A stretch of DNA of 64,000 nt from Eledone cirrhosa (taxonomy: Eukaryota). Numbering within the stretch: position 1 is the stretch's first letter; the number at the start of each line of letters is the position of its first letter. Both the position numbers and the translations under genes were made by a program. Of the stretch, positions 57,871-64,000 are shown piece after piece. The notes beneath the pieces are model-generated. The model did not search any database, was not told the DNA's origin, and saw only the letters and a list, made by a program, of their open reading frames with translations. Where the stretch lies: positions 5,394,001 to 5,458,000 of the forward strand of contig OZ024754.1 of NCBI GenBank assembly GCA_964016885.1, written 5' to 3'.

Positions 57871-57907
57871 AGATAGAAATCCTTATCTCCCTTGAACACG
57901 AGATATA

Positions 57908-58097
57908 TAATTGTTTCTACTTTTGGCCCAAGGCCAGCAATTTCTTCCCAATGTATTACTGGTACTTTATTTTATCAACCCCGTAAGGATGAAAGGCAAA
58001 GTTAACCTCGGCGGGATTTGAACTCAGACCATAAAGGGCCGTAACTCTTTGCTGCAAAGCATGGCGTCCGACCCTCTACCGATTCTGCCAATCCACC
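57908..58097 (-). mobile_element. SINE family 1 with 17-bp TSD
   Basis: aacacgagatatataat on both sides. Confidence 0.9.
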
Positions 58098-58276
58098 AAC
58101 ACGAGATATATAATATTGTCGTTAAAGTATTTGCTAGTTGTTCCATGTTTGTGTATTCTGAGTTCAAAACCAATCAAAGCTCACGTTGCCTTTCTCGCTT
58201 TTGGGATCGATACTGAAAGTACCAGCAAAGAGCTGATGTATAGACATCATTTTAACTTCCAGAAATCACATATTGG

Positions 58277-58385
<109 letters not shown>

Positions 58386-58421
58386 TGTGTGTGTATGTTT
58401 GTTTGTGTGTGTATGCGTGTG

Positions 58422-58668
58422 AGTGACAGCTCAAACCTATGCAGGTTTAGCTGGCCTCCTCCAAGGTATATCTCGTTGGAGGTGTCTTGGGTAGTTTAAT
58501 GATAGAGACCCCAGTCCCTGTCATCTCATTTCTACAGCTGAGTAAGCTGGAACAACGTGAAATAAAGTGTCTTGCTCAAGGAAACAACACATCACCCGGT
58601 CCGAGAATTCAACTCACAACCTTTCGATTGCAAGCCCAATGCTCTAACCACTAAGCCCTGCACCTTCG
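58422..58668 (-). mobile_element. SINE family 2, full length, inverted relative to 54170-54424
   Basis: Reverse complement aligns over the full length with the 54170 copy. Confidence 0.9.
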
Positions 58669-58939
58669 CCGTTAGATGTACCATTGGTTCAGGGGGGGGG
58701 GGGGTGTATGAGCTGGTGTCTACTCGTGTCTATATGGCACCTTAAACCATTAAACTGATTGTCAGATAACTTAACAGTCTCCATAATAGTAATTCTCTAT
58801 AATAATTTAATTATTCTTTTTAACGTGGACTATATAGCGACCGGAGTAAAGAAAATTGAAATAAACCGTTTAACATTAACAACTTTTAAATGTTTACCAA
58901 TAAAAATGAAACTAAATAAGAAACCTTCTTTCCTCCCGA

Positions 58940-59445
58940 AACATACATAGACATAAAGACATAAAGACACGCGCATATACAAACATACATATACATATAG
59001 ACATAAAGACACGCGCATATACAAACATACATATACATATAGACATAAAGACATGCACATATACAAACATACGTATACATATAGACAAAGACACGCGCAT
59101 ACACAAACATACATATACATATAGACATAAAGACATGCACATATACAAACATACATATACATATAGACAAAGACACGCGCATACACAAACATACATATAC
59201 ACATAGACATAAAGACACGCGCATATACAAACATACATATACATAGAGACAAAGACATGCACATATACAAACATACATATACATATAGACAAAGACACGC
59301 GCATATACAAACATACATATACACATAGACAAAGACACGCACATATACAAACATACATATACATATAGACAAAGACACGCGCATATACGAACATACATAT
59401 ACATATAGACAAAGACATGCGCATATACGAACATACATATACATG
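58940..59445. repeat. ~38-42-bp minisatellite
   Basis: Units of agac(ata)aagacacgcgcatatacaaacatacatatacatat. Confidence 0.9.
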
Positions 59446-59597
59446 CATGCATGTATATGTATGTTTGTATATGCGCATTATAAGGAGAGTTTTCTATAAC
59501 ATGCATCTAGACACACGATCACGCATGCATATGTACACCAACAGAAGCACACACGAACACAAATATATATATATATATGCATATATATATATTTATA

Positions 59598-59743
<146 letters not shown>

Positions 59744-59779
59744 AATATATATGTATAAATATATATATATATGCATACA

Positions 59780-59876
<97 letters not shown>

Positions 59877-59968
59877 TATATGTATATACATAAATATTTA
59901 TATGTATATACATGTATATATATATATGTATGTATGCATGTATGTATATGTATGTATATGTATATATG

Positions 59969-60038
<70 letters not shown>

Positions 60039-60115
60039 TATATATATATGCATATATATATGTATGTGTGTGTGTGTGTATGCATATATATATATATGTA
60101 TGTATATATATATGA

Positions 60116-60166
<51 letters not shown>

Positions 60167-60394
60167 TACACGATACAGATGGCCATCGACCAACCACACA
60201 ACACATTGCCAGCCAGTTCCCAGATAATTCCTTTTATTCAATTCCATACCATTCCATATTGTGTGTTTACCAAAGTCCTCCCAAAGTCGAGCGGTTCTTT
60301 ATCTGATACCAACAACATAATATTTGGCAATAGCAGAAGACACAGTAGAACACAATATAATATACAATGAAACAGGTTGAGACTGTGGCGAGAA

Positions 60395-61695
60395 GCACCC
60401 CACCAATACCATCACCACAACTGACACCACCGCCACCACCACCACCACCACCAACACCACCAACACCCCACCAATACCATCACCACAACTAACACCACCA
60501 CCACCACCACCAGCACCCCACCAATACCATCACCACAACTGACACCACCGCCACCACCACCACCACCACCAACACCACCAACACCCCGCCAATACCATCA
60601 CCACAACCAACACCACCAGCACTACCACCAACACCACCAGCACCCCACCAATACCATCACCACAACTAACACCACCACCACCACCACCACCAGCACCCCA
60701 CCAATACCATCACCACAACTGACACCACCGCCACCACCACCACCACCACCAACACCACCAACACCCCGCCAATACCATCACCACAACCAACACCACCAGC
60801 ACTACCACCAACACCACCAGCACCCCACCAATACCATCACCACAACTAACACCACCACCACCACCACCAGCACCCCACCAATACCATCACCACAACTAAC
60901 ACCACCACCACCACCACCAACACCAACACCACCAACACCCCACCAATACCATCACCACAACTAACACCACCACCACCACCAACACCACCAACACCACCAG
61001 TACCCCACCAATACCATCACCAATACCTTCACCAATACCATTACCACCACCAGCAGCACCACCAACACTACCAGCACCACCAATACCACCAGCACCTCCA
61101 ACACCACCACTAGCACTAACACCACCAGCACCACTAACACCACCACTAGCACTAACAGCACCATCAACACCACCACCACTAGCACCACCACCACCAACAC
61201 CACTAGCACTACCAGCACGATCAACACCAACACCAACACTACATCCACCTCACCACTACATCCACCGTTACCACCGCCACCACTAACACCACCACCACCA
61301 ACACCACTAGCACTACCAGCACGATCAACACCAACACCAACACTACATCCACCTCACCACTACATCCACCGTTACCACCACCACCACTAACACCACCACC
61401 AACACCACCAGCACCTCTAACACCACCACTAGCACTAACAGCACCATCAACACCACCACCACTAACACCACCACCACCAACACCACTAGCACTACCAGCA
61501 CCATCAACACCAACACCAACACTACATCCACCTCACCACTACATCCACCGTTACCACCACCACCACTAACACCACCACCACCAACACCACCAGCACTAAC
61601 AGCACCATCAACACCAACACCAACACTAACACCACCACCAACACCACTAGCACCACCACCACCACCAACACCAACACCAATACTACATCCACTAC
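60395..61695. repeat. (ACC)-rich minisatellite
   Basis: Units of caccccaccaataccatcaccacaactaacaccacc with higher-order duplication. Confidence 0.9.
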
Positions 61696-61899
61696 ATTTA
61701 AGATAAACGAATGTTGTTACGATTGAAACAATGGAAGCCGGTCAATAAATATTTTTTTCCTTTACTTTAAGCGAAACGAGTGAAGAATAACAAAAAAAAA
61801 CTTTAAATCGAAGCCCCCCCCCCCTCTTTTTTTTAAAGATAATTTGATAATTAATAGCGACAATGAAAACAAAACATAAAACAATCGCAATAATACTAA

Positions 61900-62003
61900 T
61901 AATAATTGTTTATACTTTAGGCACAAGGCCAGCAAATTATCCAGTGCATTACTGGTACTTTATTTTATCGAGTACCAGTAATGCACTGGATAATTACCGG
62001 TCT

Positions 62004-62037
<34 letters not shown>

Positions 62038-62162
62038 TTTCTTATATGGGCACAAGGCCAGCAATTTTGAGGGAGGGGTAAGTCGATTAAATCGATCACA
62101 GTTCGTGACTGGTACTTTATTTTATCGACCCCGTAAGGATGAAAGGCAAAGTCAACATCGGC
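61900..62162 (-). mobile_element. SINE family 1 fragments, including a snap-back hairpin
   Basis: Fragments at 61900-61970 and 62030-62162. 25-bp perfect inverted repeat at 61935-61959 / 61971-61995. Confidence 0.85.
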
Positions 62163-62352
62163 AATAATAATGATTTCATTTATTGGCCACAAGGGCCGAC
62201 ATATAGCGGACAATACAAAAGACTGGGACAGTGGGGGTTTACATATACAACGTGTAAACAATATAAAATAAATAACAATAACAAAGTAACAAGAAAAATA
62301 CCAAAAAAATTCCCCAATGTTTTCCTAAAAAATTCTAACCGCATGCTCGTTG

Positions 62353-62597
62353 TATCGGAGCTGTGATCTCTCAATTCAAAGTAGCGACTCTACCTGTAGG
62401 CATTCTCTGATCTCCGAGTTACGCACTATTGGAGCTGTGATCTCTTATTTCGGAGAAGTAGCGGCTCTACCTGGAAGCATTCTCTGATCTCTGAGCTACG
62501 CACTATTGGAGCTGTGATCTCTCACTTTGGAGAAGTAGCGGCTCTACCTGGAAGCATTCTCTGATCTCCGAGATACGCACTATTGGAGCTGAGATCA
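62353..62597. repeat. 77-bp tandem repeat, ~3.2 copies
   Basis: tattggagctgtgatctc... at 62353, 62427, 62504 and 62581. Confidence 0.9.
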
Positions 62598-63050
62598 CTT
62601 AGTTTGATTCCAAACTTCAATTTTAAATTTAAGAATGATGATGACAAATGATAGACGGGAAATTTGAAACAAGTTAGATAAAATAAATAGCTATTTGGTT
62701 TAAGAAGCATTTGGAAAATTTGAAATTTGAAATGTAGTCGTCCCAACAGGAATGACGATAATAATAGGGGATATATATATCACTATATATCTCCCCTTCA
62801 TCTAATCCATAACTCCTGATGGACTTGTAGGGGTACCATAGTGTAATACAGCGTTGCTTGGGAAGGTTTTGAGCCCGACAGAGCCCATGCCCTCTCCAGG
62901 TCAGAACGCAGCGTATTTCTTCTAACATTTTTTTAAGAATCAGGTAAAATTACGCTTAAAAAGGGAAGAAAAAGGGAGAATTCAACGCAGGATCTATTTA
63001 AGTTTTCTGTCCACTATCCGTCCCTACTGGATTATGGATATATATATATT

Positions 63051-63225
63051 TAGGAACGAGTAGGACCCCGACGGCTGAGCTGAAGCCGTTTCGACGGCTT
63101 ATTCTGGTCTAGTCCAGAATTAGCCGTCGAGACGGCTTCAGCTCAGCCGTCGGGGTCCTACTCGTCTAAGTATTGAGTACTTTGGTGCGTTATGGTCCAC
63201 CTGGTTCCTTACCACATTTCCTTCG

Positions 63226-63228
<3 letters not shown>
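63051..63228 (+). mobile_element. Family B fold-back element
   Basis: Inverted arms around ~63110, then tattgagtac...ccttaccacatttccttcgtta-(TA)n. Confidence 0.85.
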
Positions 63229-63276
<48 letters not shown>

Positions 63277-63479
63277 TATCTATATATGTGTGTGTAAATG
63301 TATGTATGTGTGTTTGTTTGGTGTATCTATGTATGTATTTATGAATGTATGTATTTATGCATACATGTAAGTATGTATGCATATATATATATATATGTCT
63401 GCATGTCTGCATGCATGTATGTATCTATGTATGCATATATGTTTCTATTTATCCATATATTTATCTATGTATGCTTATA

Positions 63480-64000
63480 TCTATCTATGTACGGATATAT
63501 GTTTCTATATATATGCATATATGTATCTATGTATACATATATCTATCTATGTATGGATATATCTATCTATATATGGATATATGTATCTATGTATACATAT
63601 ATCTAACTATGTATGGATATATCTATCTATATATGGATATATGTATCTATGTATGCATATATCTATCTATGTATGGATATATCTATCTATATATGCATAT
63701 ATGTATCTATGTATACATATATCTAACTATGTATGGATATATCTATCTATATATGGATATATGTATCTATGTATGCATATATCTATCTATGTATGGATAT
63801 ATCTATCTATATATGGATATATGTATCTATGTATACATATATCTATCTATGTATGGATATATCTATCTATATATGGATATATGTATCTATGTATACATAT
63901 ATCTATCTATGTATGGATATATCTATCTATATATGGATATATGTATCTATGTATACATATATCTAACTATGTATGGATATATCTATCTATATATGGATAT
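63480..64000. repeat. 60-bp higher-order repeat (3 x 20 bp)
   Basis: atctatctatgtatggatat-atctatctatatatggatat-atgtatctatgtatacatat repeated to the window end. Confidence 0.95.

Overview
AT-rich, microsatellite-saturated non-coding eukaryotic DNA, intronic or intergenic. The repeat repertoire (tRNA-derived SINE families, RTE LINE fragments, long (TA)n/(CA)n/(GA)n/(TAG)n/(GAT)n tracts) suggests a coleoid cephalopod, probably Octopus; this is inferred. I found no intact protein-coding gene, and almost all ORFs in the track are simple-repeat artefacts. Coding-derived material is limited to decayed retroelement pieces: three RTE-type LINE fragments, a duplicated RT remnant and a Penelope-like (PLE) ORF fragment. 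The most notable signal is a dense set of short, mostly (TA)n-flanked elements from several families that carry minimal type I hammerhead ribozyme motifs, many with a palindromic stem/loop III. About 20 loci are involved, from intact to decayed. Many copies are fold-back palindromes whose inversion junction lies at or next to the CUGAUGA catalytic box, and in two copies both arms share copy-private variants. Also present: Tc1/mariner-type MITEs, nested insertions with target-site duplications (TSDs), an inverted SINE pair, minisatellites and a few candidate regulatory islands.
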